Shown one piece after another: positions 9,879-19,461 of a DNA stretch of 64,000 nucleotides. A program made the position numbers and the translations under genes. The notes below the pieces were generated by a model. It saw only the letters and a list, made by a program, of their open reading frames with translations. It was not told the DNA's origin and did no database searches. Every line of letters begins with the position of its first letter. Within the stretch, counting starts at the first letter, position 1. The DNA comes from a virus: IMG/VR virus record IMGVR_UViG_3300030107_001446, positions 1-64,000 of that record; one strand, written 5' to 3'.

Positions 9879-10347
9879 TGGAGATACCATTGACGTAGTA
9901 ATAGATTTAGGATTTGATATCTATAAGCACGAACGTGTAAGAATAGCTGGTATTGATACTCCTGAGAAGAGGACTAGAGATCTAGAAGAGAAGGCATTAG
10001 GAATAGATGCTACTAACTGGATGAAGGGAACTTTAGAAGATACAATTAAAGGAGACGATGAACTTACCATTAGAACTGAACTTAAAGGTGGCATGGGTAA
10101 GTATGGTAGGCTTCTTGGTTGGTTATACGTTGGCGATGCTGAGACATCACTTAACGAACAGATGATCGAAGAAGGATATGCTTGGGAGTATGATGGAGGT
10201 ACGAAGCGTAAAGATTTTGCATCACTGAGAGCAATCAGAGAAGCAAATGGTACCATTGAAGTGGAACCAAGTGAGGGAGACCCACTACCAGAGGTAGGTG
10301 ATGGAATTCAATCTACCACTGCTGCAAACTTACCAGGATTATACTAA
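9805..10347 (+). CDS. Staphylococcal nuclease-like (thermonuclease) endonuclease
   Basis: VKVVDGDTID, RVRIAGIDTPE, GKYGRLLGWLY, NEQMIEEGYA are SNase motifs. Confidence 0.88.
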   Translation: MGKMTPPSRKSCYNFRVTEIVKVVDGDTIDVVIDLGFDIYKHERVRIAGIDTPEKRTRDLEEKALGIDATNWMKGTLEDTIKGDDELTIRTELKGGMGKYGRLLGWLYVGDAETSLNEQMIEEGYAWEYDGGTKRKDFASLRAIREANGTIEVEPSEGDPLPEVGDGIQSTTAANLPGLY

Positions 10348-10538
10348 TGTTTTCTGTATTAAATGTCGTAGAGGCATGGAATGAAATTTCATGGGGAGAT
10401 GCTATCCCATTTATCCTCGTTTTAACTGGTCTTTACTGGGTTAAAGTAAAGATAGATGCATCTGTTGGCATCGGTAGAAAGAAACAGAATCAATTGAAAA
10501 GGACTATCGTAGAGGCAATCAAAGAAGCCAATGGCTGA
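10347..10538 (+). CDS. Small membrane protein
   Basis: One hydrophobic helix; coupled to both neighbours. Confidence 0.55.
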   Translation: MFSVLNVVEAWNEISWGDAIPFILVLTGLYWVKVKIDASVGIGRKKQNQLKRTIVEAIKEANG

Positions 10539-12189
10539 AAAGCAGGAGATATATCTAGGTAACCCCAATCTCAAACGGGCTAACGTTAACACTAACTTCA
10601 CACCTGATCAGGTGCAGGAGTTTATAAAGTGTAGCGAGAGTCCTGTTTATTTCATTCGTAACTATATCAAGATCGTTAACCTCGATCAAGGTATAGTTGG
10701 GTTTGACCTGTACGATTTCCAAGAAGACATGGTGAATCGATTCCATGAGCATCGATTCAATATAGCAAAGCTACCACGTCAGTCAGGTAAGTCTACAGTG
10801 GTTACTGCATATCTTTTGTGGTACGCAATCTTTAATGATAATGTCAACATCGCAATCCTCGCAAACAAAGCAGCCACTGCAAGAGAAATGTTGGGTCGCT
10901 TACAACTTTCTTACGAAAATCTCCCTAAATGGCTTCAACAAGGTGTGGTCAACTGGAACAGGGGTTCCTTGGAGTTGGAGAATGGAAGTAAGATCTTGGC
11001 TGCTTCTACTTCTGCAAGTGCTGTTCGGGGTATGTCCTTTAACATTATATTTTTGGACGAATTCGCCTTTATTCCGACGCATATTGCTGACGAGTTCTTT
11101 AGTTCTGTCTATCCTACTATATCTTCTGGTAAGAGCACTAAGGTTATAATCATATCTACCCCCAAGGGTATGAATATGTTCTATAAACTGTGGCATGACG
11201 CAGAGAAAGGACAGAATGAATACACTACAACAGAGGTACACTGGCAACAGGTACCTGGTAGAGATGCTAAATGGAAAGAAGAGACGATACGAAACACATC
11301 AGAGGAGCAATTCAACCAAGAATTTGAGTGTGAATTCCTAGGATCTGTTAATACTCTCATCAGTAGTACTAAATTAAAGACTTTAGTCTATGAAGAACCT
11401 ATTAAGAAGGAAGCAGGACTGTCAGTCTATGAAGAACCAGAGGAAGGACACTCATATCACATATGTGTTGACGTTGCTAGAGGTCTAACTAAGGATTATT
11501 CTGCATTTACAGTCATTGATACCACAGAAATACCCTATATGGTGGTAGCAAAGTATAGAAACAATAAGATTAAACCATTATTATTCCCAGATATCATTCA
11601 TAGGGTCGCCACTGCATATAACCAGGCGTATATAATGATAGAAGTTAATGATATTGGTGGACAGGTAGCAGATATTATACAATTTGACCTAGAATACGAG
11701 AATTTACTCATGTGTGCCATGAGAGGTAGGGCAGGTCAGGTAGTAGGACAAGGATTTAGTGGTACTAAGGTACAACTAGGGGTTAAGATGAGCACAACAG
11801 TCAAGAAAACTGGTTGCTCTAACCTAAAACAGTTGATTGAAGATGATAAACTCATCTTTAAAGACTATGATATTATGGCAGAGCTAACTACATTCATTCA
11901 GAGAGGTCCAGCATGGGAAGCTGAGGAAGGATGTAACGATGACCTAGCAATGTGCTTAGTTATCTTCGCATGGTTAGCAACCACAGATTACTTCAGAGAA
12001 TTACATGACGATGACGTACGTCTCCGCATGTATCAGGAGCAAAAAGATGGTATAGAAGCGGACATGGCTCCGTTTGGTTTTATCGATGACGGAGTTGGGT
12101 ACGAGGAGACCTTCACGGATGCGGAAGGTGACACTTGGAAGACAGATGAGTACGGAGATAAGGCATATATGTGGGAGTACCTCTCGTAA
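10531..12189 (+). CDS. gp17: Terminase large subunit gp17
   Basis: Walker A PRQSGKS, Walker B IIFLDEFAF, IISTPKG, RNase H-like CVDVARG and DDLAM. Confidence 0.97.
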   Translation: MAEKQEIYLGNPNLKRANVNTNFTPDQVQEFIKCSESPVYFIRNYIKIVNLDQGIVGFDLYDFQEDMVNRFHEHRFNIAKLPRQSGKSTVVTAYLLWYAIFNDNVNIAILANKAATAREMLGRLQLSYENLPKWLQQGVVNWNRGSLELENGSKILAASTSASAVRGMSFNIIFLDEFAFIPTHIADEFFSSVYPTISSGKSTKVIIISTPKGMNMFYKLWHDAEKGQNEYTTTEVHWQQVPGRDAKWKEETIRNTSEEQFNQEFECEFLGSVNTLISSTKLKTLVYEEPIKKEAGLSVYEEPEEGHSYHICVDVARGLTKDYSAFTVIDTTEIPYMVVAKYRNNKIKPLLFPDIIHRVATAYNQAYIMIEVNDIGGQVADIIQFDLEYENLLMCAMRGRAGQVVGQGFSGTKVQLGVKMSTTVKKTGCSNLKQLIEDDKLIFKDYDIMAELTTFIQRGPAWEAEEGCNDDLAMCLVIFAWLATTDYFRELHDDDVRLRMYQEQKDGIEADMAPFGFIDDGVGYEETFTDAEGDTWKTDEYGDKAYMWEYLS

Positions 12190-12200
12190 ATATACATTTC

Positions 12201-12208
12201 TATAAATA
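12201..12208 (+). promoter_or_regulatory. T4-type late promoter TATAAATA upstream of gp18
   Basis: Exact T4 late consensus in an intergenic gap. Also found at 9386, 15771, 21410, 45816 and 59123. Confidence 0.75.
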
Positions 12209-12248
12209 ATTTCAGCATCCGAATTGGAATTCATTCAGGAGATCACAC

Positions 12249-15020
12249 ATGGCTTCGACACAGCTTTCACCAGGAGTTGTTGTTCTTGAGAGAGATCTGA
12301 CCACCGTCGCAAATGCAACAGTAGATAATATTGCTGCAATCGTTGGTGCGTTTGAGAAAGGTCCTGTCGAGGAAATAACAAATGTAACTAGCGAGAAGGA
12401 ACTTCTCAGCATATTTGGTAAACCTACCGACTATAACTACGAGTATTGGTTTAGTGCAGCACAGTTTTTACTTTACGGTGGTACCGTTAAGATAGTTCGT
12501 GCAACTAACGATTCTTTAAAGAACGCAATAGACACTGCACAGTATACAGTAACAAGTTTCAGTGCAAATGACACTACTTTAACTGTTACTTCATCAACAG
12601 ATTTCGACGTAGCAGACGTACTACTAATCGACTCAGAATTATTGGTTATCCAGAGTGTATCTGGTAGCGATGTAGTTGTATTACGTGGTCAACTTTCTAC
12701 TTCTGCTGTTAGTCACGCTGCATCAGCACCAATTACTCTAATCGAAGCTGCTGGTACATCTTCTACAATCAATGAAGGGTCAACCTTTACTGATTCTGAT
12801 ACAACTCTGACTGTAACATCTGCTGCTGCACTAGGTGGTGGTACTAACAGTTACATCAGAATTGACGATGAAATCCTACAAATTTCTGGTGTTGCAGGTA
12901 ATGATTTGACAGTTGTAAGAGCACAACTAGGTACAACTGCTACATCTCATACCGATGGATCTACTGTTACCCTACAGAATGTTACATCACAGAAGACAAC
13001 AATCAATGAGCAAACTGCTACTGGTGTTGCTTCACCTCTCATTAAGAATCTTGATGCTTACGAATCTAATGTAGAGACTGCTTCTAACAACTGGAAGTGG
13101 GGTGCTAAAACAGCTGGTATTTACGGTAACTCACTAAGAGTTCTTGTAACAGACGCTGGTCCTGACCAAATTCTTTATCTTGCTCAACCAACAAGTGCTG
13201 AGTGGGAATTTGATAATAACGCTGAAGTTTCCTATTCATCTGCTAACGTATATGGTCGTGTATATTCATACACAGTTACTGTTACTTTAGCTGATGCTGC
13301 AACTTTAATAGGTAAATTTGAGACAGACAACTATATCACTGCTGTTAGTGGTGGTGTTACTGGACGTGTTGTTGCATATGATGAAGAGCATCGTAAGTTA
13401 GAAATAACTGTTGACTCCACATCTGCTGACATCATTGAAGTTGGAGACACAATTTCTGAGTTAGCAAATAACTCTAACACACCTGGCTCTGCCACTGGTG
13501 ATGCAGGGGTTGTTGAGTCTGTAACTCGTGAATTGCGTGTTGCTCTTAATCAAGGGTCACCTCAGTTCCAAGCAAACCAGACAGTTGTTGATAAGAATAC
13601 TACAACAATCGCTGTTGCTAACGTAGAGTCTGACTATGAGTCAAGAGTTTACGGAGAAAATGCTAAGTGGATTAACTTAGCTGCAAGACCTACTACTTCA
13701 GCATGGACTGCTGACCGTGGTGGACACAATGACTTAATGCACATCTTAGTCATCGATGGAGATGGAGCAGTAACAGGAGTTCCTGGATCAGTTGTTGAGA
13801 AGCATCTTAATGTTTCTAAAGCAACAGATGCTAAGTCACCTCAAGGCGATAACATCTATTACAAAGATGTAATTAAGAATTTCTCTGAGTATCTCTATTG
13901 GGGTAGTCATGAAACAGCACAGGTATATGATAAAGATACTAACGCTGCTGGATCATGGGGTGTGTCAGGTATTAATAGGGAATTTGACCTTATTAAATCA
14001 GATTCATCTCTGAATAACATGGATGACCCAAGTGGTACAAATCCATTATCACTCGCTCTACTTGGTACAAAGAATAGAGCAACACTTAAGTATAGTCTAC
14101 AAGGTGGTGTAGATGGATATACAGTTTCAAGGCCAAACTCACTCGCTGCATACGATCTATTCAACGATGCTGAGACAGTTGATGTAGACTACATTCTAAT
14201 GGGTCCATCAATGAGTGGTGTTGATGATACAATCGCTAAAGCACAGCACATAATTTCTATTGCTGCTGCTAGAAAAGATTGTATTGCTTTCGTATCTCCT
14301 TATCGTGGTGATATTATCGGTCAACCTAGAGTTTCTGATATCGTAACAAGAACAGTTAACTACTTCGACCAGTTATCAAGCACATCATATGCTGTATTTG
14401 ATAACAACTACAAGTATATCTACGACAAGTATAATGATGTTTATCGTTACATCCCATGTAACGCAGACGTTGCAGGACTTGTATTAAGCACAACTATCAA
14501 CCAAGAACCTTGGTATTCACCAGCTGGTTTCAACAGAGGACAGTTACTTAATGCAATCAAACTTGCTTACTCACCTCTTAAAGATCATAGAGACACACTT
14601 TATGCTTCAAGAGTTAACCCAATCGTAGCATTCCCTGGAGAAGGATTAGTCCTCTTCGGAGATAAGACTGCACTTTCTTATCAGTCTGCATTCGATAGAA
14701 TTAACGTAAGAAGGTTATTCTTAGTCATCGAGGAAGCAATTTCTGCTGCTGCTAAGACACAACTCTTTGAATTAAATGACGAGTTTACTCGTGCACAATT
14801 CAAGAACATAGTTGAGCCTTTCCTACGCAGTGTGCAAGCACGTCGTGGTATCGTTGACTTCTTAGTAGTCTGCGACAGCACTAACAACCCTGCCGAGTCT
14901 ATTGACCGTGGTGAATTCTATGCTGAAATCTTCGTGAAGCCAACACGTAGTATCAACTTCATCACATTGACATTCACAGCAACAAGATCTGGAGCAAGCT
15001 TCAGTGAGTTAGTATCATAA
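12249..15020 (+). CDS. gp18: Tail sheath protein gp18 (923 aa, with inserted domains)
   Basis: QLSPGVVVLERDLT, FEKGPVEE, WYSPAGFNRG, FDRINVRRLF, KPTRSINFITL. Confidence 0.97.
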   Translation: MASTQLSPGVVVLERDLTTVANATVDNIAAIVGAFEKGPVEEITNVTSEKELLSIFGKPTDYNYEYWFSAAQFLLYGGTVKIVRATNDSLKNAIDTAQYTVTSFSANDTTLTVTSSTDFDVADVLLIDSELLVIQSVSGSDVVVLRGQLSTSAVSHAASAPITLIEAAGTSSTINEGSTFTDSDTTLTVTSAAALGGGTNSYIRIDDEILQISGVAGNDLTVVRAQLGTTATSHTDGSTVTLQNVTSQKTTINEQTATGVASPLIKNLDAYESNVETASNNWKWGAKTAGIYGNSLRVLVTDAGPDQILYLAQPTSAEWEFDNNAEVSYSSANVYGRVYSYTVTVTLADAATLIGKFETDNYITAVSGGVTGRVVAYDEEHRKLEITVDSTSADIIEVGDTISELANNSNTPGSATGDAGVVESVTRELRVALNQGSPQFQANQTVVDKNTTTIAVANVESDYESRVYGENAKWINLAARPTTSAWTADRGGHNDLMHILVIDGDGAVTGVPGSVVEKHLNVSKATDAKSPQGDNIYYKDVIKNFSEYLYWGSHETAQVYDKDTNAAGSWGVSGINREFDLIKSDSSLNNMDDPSGTNPLSLALLGTKNRATLKYSLQGGVDGYTVSRPNSLAAYDLFNDAETVDVDYILMGPSMSGVDDTIAKAQHIISIAAARKDCIAFVSPYRGDIIGQPRVSDIVTRTVNYFDQLSSTSYAVFDNNYKYIYDKYNDVYRYIPCNADVAGLVLSTTINQEPWYSPAGFNRGQLLNAIKLAYSPLKDHRDTLYASRVNPIVAFPGEGLVLFGDKTALSYQSAFDRINVRRLFLVIEEAISAAAKTQLFELNDEFTRAQFKNIVEPFLRSVQARRGIVDFLVVCDSTNNPAESIDRGEFYAEIFVKPTRSINFITLTFTATRSGASFSELVS

Positions 15021-15073
15021 TGAGTAAACCGTGGCACGTCTTCGTGCTCAACCTCAAATAGGAGACAAATAAA

Positions 15074-15766
15074 ATGGCAAATGAAGTAGAAAAACTCCCT
15101 GGTCAGGAAACCAATGCTAGAGTTTCCACACCAATACTTACTTTTAGGGACAAAATTGGCGATTTAGCCCGTCCTAACCTGTTTCAGGTTGACTTAGGAT
15201 GGCCTGATGTGGTAACATCAGATGGTAAGCCTGATCCTGGTGCTGATCCTGGATCTACTGCACAAGACAATGAGTCTAAGAGTGGTGCATCTACACTTGG
15301 AACTAATGCATCTTCATCAAGTTTCGCAAGTTTCTTGATTAAGGCAGCAAACATACCCGCAGCAACAGTGGGTGTTATTGAAGTTCCTTATAGAGGTAGG
15401 ACACTTAAGATTGCAGGAGACAGGACGTTTGAACCTTGGACAATTACTGTCCTTAACGACCAAAACTTTGCACTTAGGAATAAGTTTGAAGAATGGTCTA
15501 CTAAGATTCAAGCACTTCATCAGAACAAGCAATCCACAAATCAGATTGAAAAATATCAGACTAATGCTTGGGTAAGACAATTAGGAAGACAAGGACAAGT
15601 CATTAAGACTTATAAGTTTGAGGGTATATGGCCTTCAACTATTTCCGCAATTGATCTTGCATGGGATAGTAACGATACTCCAGAAGAGTATACAGTTGAG
15701 TTCCAGGTTCAGTACTGGACATACGACTCTGACAGAAACACAGGTAACTCTACCTCTTTAAACTAG
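15074..15766 (+). CDS. gp19: Tail tube protein gp19
   Basis: ARPNLFQV, VPYRGRTLKIAGDRTFEPWTITVLND, WPSTISAIDLAWD. Confidence 0.95.
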   Translation: MANEVEKLPGQETNARVSTPILTFRDKIGDLARPNLFQVDLGWPDVVTSDGKPDPGADPGSTAQDNESKSGASTLGTNASSSSFASFLIKAANIPAATVGVIEVPYRGRTLKIAGDRTFEPWTITVLNDQNFALRNKFEEWSTKIQALHQNKQSTNQIEKYQTNAWVRQLGRQGQVIKTYKFEGIWPSTISAIDLAWDSNDTPEEYTVEFQVQYWTYDSDRNTGNSTSLN

Positions 15767-15770
15767 GGTC

Positions 15771-15778
15771 TATAAATA
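15771..15778 (+). promoter_or_regulatory. Late promoter TATAAATA upstream of gp20
   Basis: Exact consensus, intergenic. Confidence 0.75.
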
Positions 15779-15800
15779 TAATTAAATGGAGATAAGTTGA

Positions 15801-17411
15801 ATGGCACAGTTATTTGGTTATTCACTTGATCGAAAGAAGAAGGGGTCTAAAGGTTTAGGCCCTTCTTTCGTAACGAAAGATTCGGATGACGCAGCACAAC
15901 CCATTGTAGCTGGTGGTTATTTTGGACAGTACGTAGATCTAGGTGATGCGGCTAATAAAGCAAGTGATGTAGATTTGATTGGTAGATACCGTGAGATGTC
16001 TTTACATCCAGAGGTAGATCAAGCAGTCGGAGATATAGTTAATGAAGCCATTGCAGGTGACTTAGACGATAAAACAATAGAAATTAATTTAGAACACTTT
16101 CCTGGTAGTAACTCAGTTAAGACAAGAATTCGTGAAGAGTTTGAAAATGTATTAACTCTACTAGATTTTGATAGGAAAGCATATGATATCTTCCGTAGGT
16201 GGTACATCGACGGAAGACTTTTTTATCATAAGATGATTAACCCTGACAATCCTCAGGAAGGTATCACTGAGCTTAGGTATATCGACCCTAGAAAGATTAA
16301 AAAGGTGATTGAATATGATAAACCAAAAGACAGGGTTTCCCCCGCAGACCCAGAAGTTAATACTTTAATACCAAAGAGTGTAGAGTATTTCATTTATTCA
16401 CCCAAGGGGTTACGTGGGTATGAGAACCACGGAATAAAAATTGCACCTGACGCAGTATGCTTTGTCCACTCAGGACAATTAGATATGCAGCGTAACTATG
16501 TGCTATCTCATCTACATAAAGCTATTAAGGCAACTAACCAGTTGAGAATGATTGAAGATTCACTGGTTATTTACCGTATGTCTCGTGCACCAGAGCGTAG
16601 AATCTTCTATATAGATGTGGGTAACCTACCGAAGCAAAAAGCGGAGCAATATCTCCGTGAGGTTATGTCTCGCTATAGGAATAAGTTAGTATATAACGCT
16701 GACACTGGTGAAATAAGAGACGATAAGAAATTCATGTCTATGCTAGAAGACTTCTGGCTACCAAGACGTGAGGGTGGAAGAGGTACAGAAATTTCTACTC
16801 TACCAGGTGGACAAAACCTAGGTGAATTAGAAGATATTAAGTACTTCCAGAAGAAACTCTACCGTGCATTGAATGTACCTGAGTCACGTTTAGAATCTGA
16901 CAGCTCCTTTAATGTAGGACGTAGTGCAGAAATCACACGTGATGAAGTTAAATTCCAAAAGTTTGTAACCAGACTTCGTAAGAGATTCTCTGACCTATTC
17001 CTTGACCTACTTAAGACACAAATTTGTCTTAAAGGTGTCCTAACTCTTGATGAGTGGGACTTAGTTAAGGAGCACATCCAGTTTGATTTCATTGCTGACA
17101 ACTACTTTGCTGAGTTGAAAGAGCAGGAGATCATGAATGAGCGTATGAATCTAGTCGCTCAAATGGATCCGCTAACTGGTAAATATTTCTCTATAGAATA
17201 CATGCGTAGGCATGTGTTACGTCAGACTGAGGTTGAATACAATGAGATTCAAGCACAGATGGATGCAGAAATAGCAGAGGGTAAGTTAGTTTCACCTGTT
17301 GAGCTTCAAAAACTTGAAGTAGAACAGATGGAGATGGCATTACAACCTCCAGAACCAGATCCCGCAACCTTAGGTATTAGTCCTGCGGATTATAAAAAAG
17401 GAGATATCTAA
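15801..17411 (+). CDS. gp20: Portal protein gp20
   Basis: RRWYIDGR, IYRMSRAPERRIFYIDVGNLPK, EDFWLPRREGGRGTEI. Confidence 0.97.
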   Translation: MAQLFGYSLDRKKKGSKGLGPSFVTKDSDDAAQPIVAGGYFGQYVDLGDAANKASDVDLIGRYREMSLHPEVDQAVGDIVNEAIAGDLDDKTIEINLEHFPGSNSVKTRIREEFENVLTLLDFDRKAYDIFRRWYIDGRLFYHKMINPDNPQEGITELRYIDPRKIKKVIEYDKPKDRVSPADPEVNTLIPKSVEYFIYSPKGLRGYENHGIKIAPDAVCFVHSGQLDMQRNYVLSHLHKAIKATNQLRMIEDSLVIYRMSRAPERRIFYIDVGNLPKQKAEQYLREVMSRYRNKLVYNADTGEIRDDKKFMSMLEDFWLPRREGGRGTEISTLPGGQNLGELEDIKYFQKKLYRALNVPESRLESDSSFNVGRSAEITRDEVKFQKFVTRLRKRFSDLFLDLLKTQICLKGVLTLDEWDLVKEHIQFDFIADNYFAELKEQEIMNERMNLVAQMDPLTGKYFSIEYMRRHVLRQTEVEYNEIQAQMDAEIAEGKLVSPVELQKLEVEQMEMALQPPEPDPATLGISPADYKKGDI

Positions 17412-17435
17412 ATAGTAATATTGATAAGTAACATT

Positions 17436-17702
17436 ATGCCAACACAAGCAGCACGAGATATAGTTAACGCACTTTTTGCGGGTAAGAAAGATCTTTCTGA
17501 TTATGTTGTCCAAGGTATGAATGATAAAGCATTAGATGCCATAGAGACACAGAAGAAAGAGATTGGTAAAACTATGTTCAAACCACAGGAAGACGGTCCT
17601 GAAAACACCGAGCAACCTGAGGATGCATCACCCGAAGCATCTGCTGAAACTGAAACCGAAACCGAGGAACCAAAAGATGAAACTGATCAGGGAGGAAATT
17701 GA
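17436..17702 (+). CDS. Small acidic prohead core protein (gp67-like position)
   Basis: Between gp20 and gp21; Glu-rich C-terminus. Confidence 0.55.
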   Translation: MPTQAARDIVNALFAGKKDLSDYVVQGMNDKALDAIETQKKEIGKTMFKPQEDGPENTEQPEDASPEASAETETETEEPKDETDQGGN

Positions 17703-18324
17703 AACCGCTAAGGTAACAATCACCGAAGGTAAGAATGGTAAGAAGAACCATTTTATCGAGGGTGTATTTTTGCAAGGCGAAATCAAAAACCGCAATGGTC
17801 GGATGTATCCTATCTCGACTTTACAACGTGAAGCAGCTAACTACAACACTAAGTACATCGAGAAAGGTCGTGCACTTGGTGAGTTAGGTCACCCAGATGG
17901 TCCAACTATCAACCTAGATAGAGTGTCACATCTAATTACTTCTCTTAAGCAAGAAGGTAATAACTATGTTGGTAAGGCAAGACTATTGGATACACCAATG
18001 GGAAACATTGCCAAGAATCTTATCGATGAAGGTGTCAAACTAGGTGTATCGTCACGTGGTTTAGGTACCATAAGAGAAAAAGATGGTATTAAAGTCGTCA
18101 TGGATGACTTTATGCTCGCCACAGCAGCAGATATTGTTGCTGATCCTTCCGCACCTGACGCTTTTGTCAATGGTATCATGGAAGGTAAGGAATGGATCTA
18201 TAATAATGGAGCTGTTCAAGAGCAAACAGTGGAGCAAATCAAGAAAAGAATTGATAATGCTGCACTAAATCAAATGGAAGAGGTAAAACTTTCCGCATTA
18301 AACCAGTATATTTCATCACTGTAA
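17677..18324 (+). CDS. gp21: Prohead protease gp21
   Basis: MKLIREE start at 17677; RALGELGHP, GVSSRGLG, DIVADPSAPDAFV. Confidence 0.95.
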   Translation: MKLIREEIETAKVTITEGKNGKKNHFIEGVFLQGEIKNRNGRMYPISTLQREAANYNTKYIEKGRALGELGHPDGPTINLDRVSHLITSLKQEGNNYVGKARLLDTPMGNIAKNLIDEGVKLGVSSRGLGTIREKDGIKVVMDDFMLATAADIVADPSAPDAFVNGIMEGKEWIYNNGAVQEQTVEQIKKRIDNAALNQMEEVKLSALNQYISSL

Positions 18325-18381
18325 ATATCTGGTTGTCTAAATAATCTATAGCAATCGCATTTTGTCGCAAGGAGACTTCTA

Positions 18382-19428
18382 ATGTCAGAAGAGAATACTA
18401 AAACTCTGGATGAATCAAGTGTAACCGCAGGAGCGAAGCCCGCAGACCCTCAAGGAAAGCTTGAAGGTGATCAGTCTCGTCTTGGTGGAGCACAAGATTT
18501 AGGTGGACCTACACCTTTTAATTCCAAACCAACAGATGATAGTAACAAATACAAAACTATCGCAGGTGGAAACGCCCAAGCACCTACAACTAAACCATCT
18601 GATGCTTCCGCACAGAAGGCAGAATTTAGTGATAAGGGTGATGTAAAAGCAGGACACGAACCAGAAGGTGACGTGATTGCCGAAGATCCTCAAACAGAGG
18701 AAGAAAGAACTATTGAGGTAGACTTATCTGCTGACGTAGCTGCACTTACTGAAGGTGAAGAACTATCAGAAGAATTCAAAGAGAAAGCAAAAACTATCTT
18801 TGAAGCAGCAGTAGTATCTCGCCTTAATGAAGAACTAGACCGCATGCATGTAGACTATGCAAAGGCACTAGAAGAAGAAATTGAGACTGTAAAGACAGAC
18901 CTCTCTGAGAAGGTAGATGAGTACCTTACATACGCTGTAGAAGCATGGATGAAGAAGAATCACCTCCAAGTTGAAGCAGGTATTAAGGCAGAGATGGGAG
19001 AGTCAGTACTTAAAGGTCTTAAGCAAGTTTTCGTCGAGAATTACATTGAAATTCCCGATGAGAAAGTTGATTTCGTAGATGATCTACAGAGTCAGCTTAA
19101 TAATATGGAGTCTAAACTCAACGAATCAATTGAAGAAAACGTTGGTCTGTCTAAGCAGGTTGGCGGCTATATTAAGAATGGGATTGTGACAGAGATTGCA
19201 GAGGGCTTAAGTCTCTCTCAGAAAGAGAAACTTATTTCTCTAGCAGAAGCTGTTGAGTTTGTCGATGAAGAATCCTTCCGCACGAAGGTTTCTACACTAC
19301 GTGAATCCTATTTCTCTACAAAGCCTGAGAAGACAACTGTCACTGAGGATGTCCAAGTAGAGAACGCACCTGAGCAAGGCACTGCTATGGAAGCATACGC
19401 ACAAGCCATTGCAAGATGGGGCAAATAA
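18382..19428 (+). CDS. gp22: Prohead core scaffold protein gp22
   Basis: Acidic coiled coil with FKEKAKTIFEAAV; lies between gp21 and gp23. Confidence 0.9.
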   Translation: MSEENTKTLDESSVTAGAKPADPQGKLEGDQSRLGGAQDLGGPTPFNSKPTDDSNKYKTIAGGNAQAPTTKPSDASAQKAEFSDKGDVKAGHEPEGDVIAEDPQTEEERTIEVDLSADVAALTEGEELSEEFKEKAKTIFEAAVVSRLNEELDRMHVDYAKALEEEIETVKTDLSEKVDEYLTYAVEAWMKKNHLQVEAGIKAEMGESVLKGLKQVFVENYIEIPDEKVDFVDDLQSQLNNMESKLNESIEENVGLSKQVGGYIKNGIVTEIAEGLSLSQKEKLISLAEAVEFVDEESFRTKVSTLRESYFSTKPEKTTVTEDVQVENAPEQGTAMEAYAQAIARWGK

Positions 19429-19461
19429 TCCACAATCTATTTCTTACGGAGTCAGTTAACA

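Noticed and set aside
15033-15050. Small GCACG-TCTT-CGTGC hairpin between gp18 and gp19
   Set aside because: Only 5 bp with no U-tract; too weak to call a terminator or processing site.
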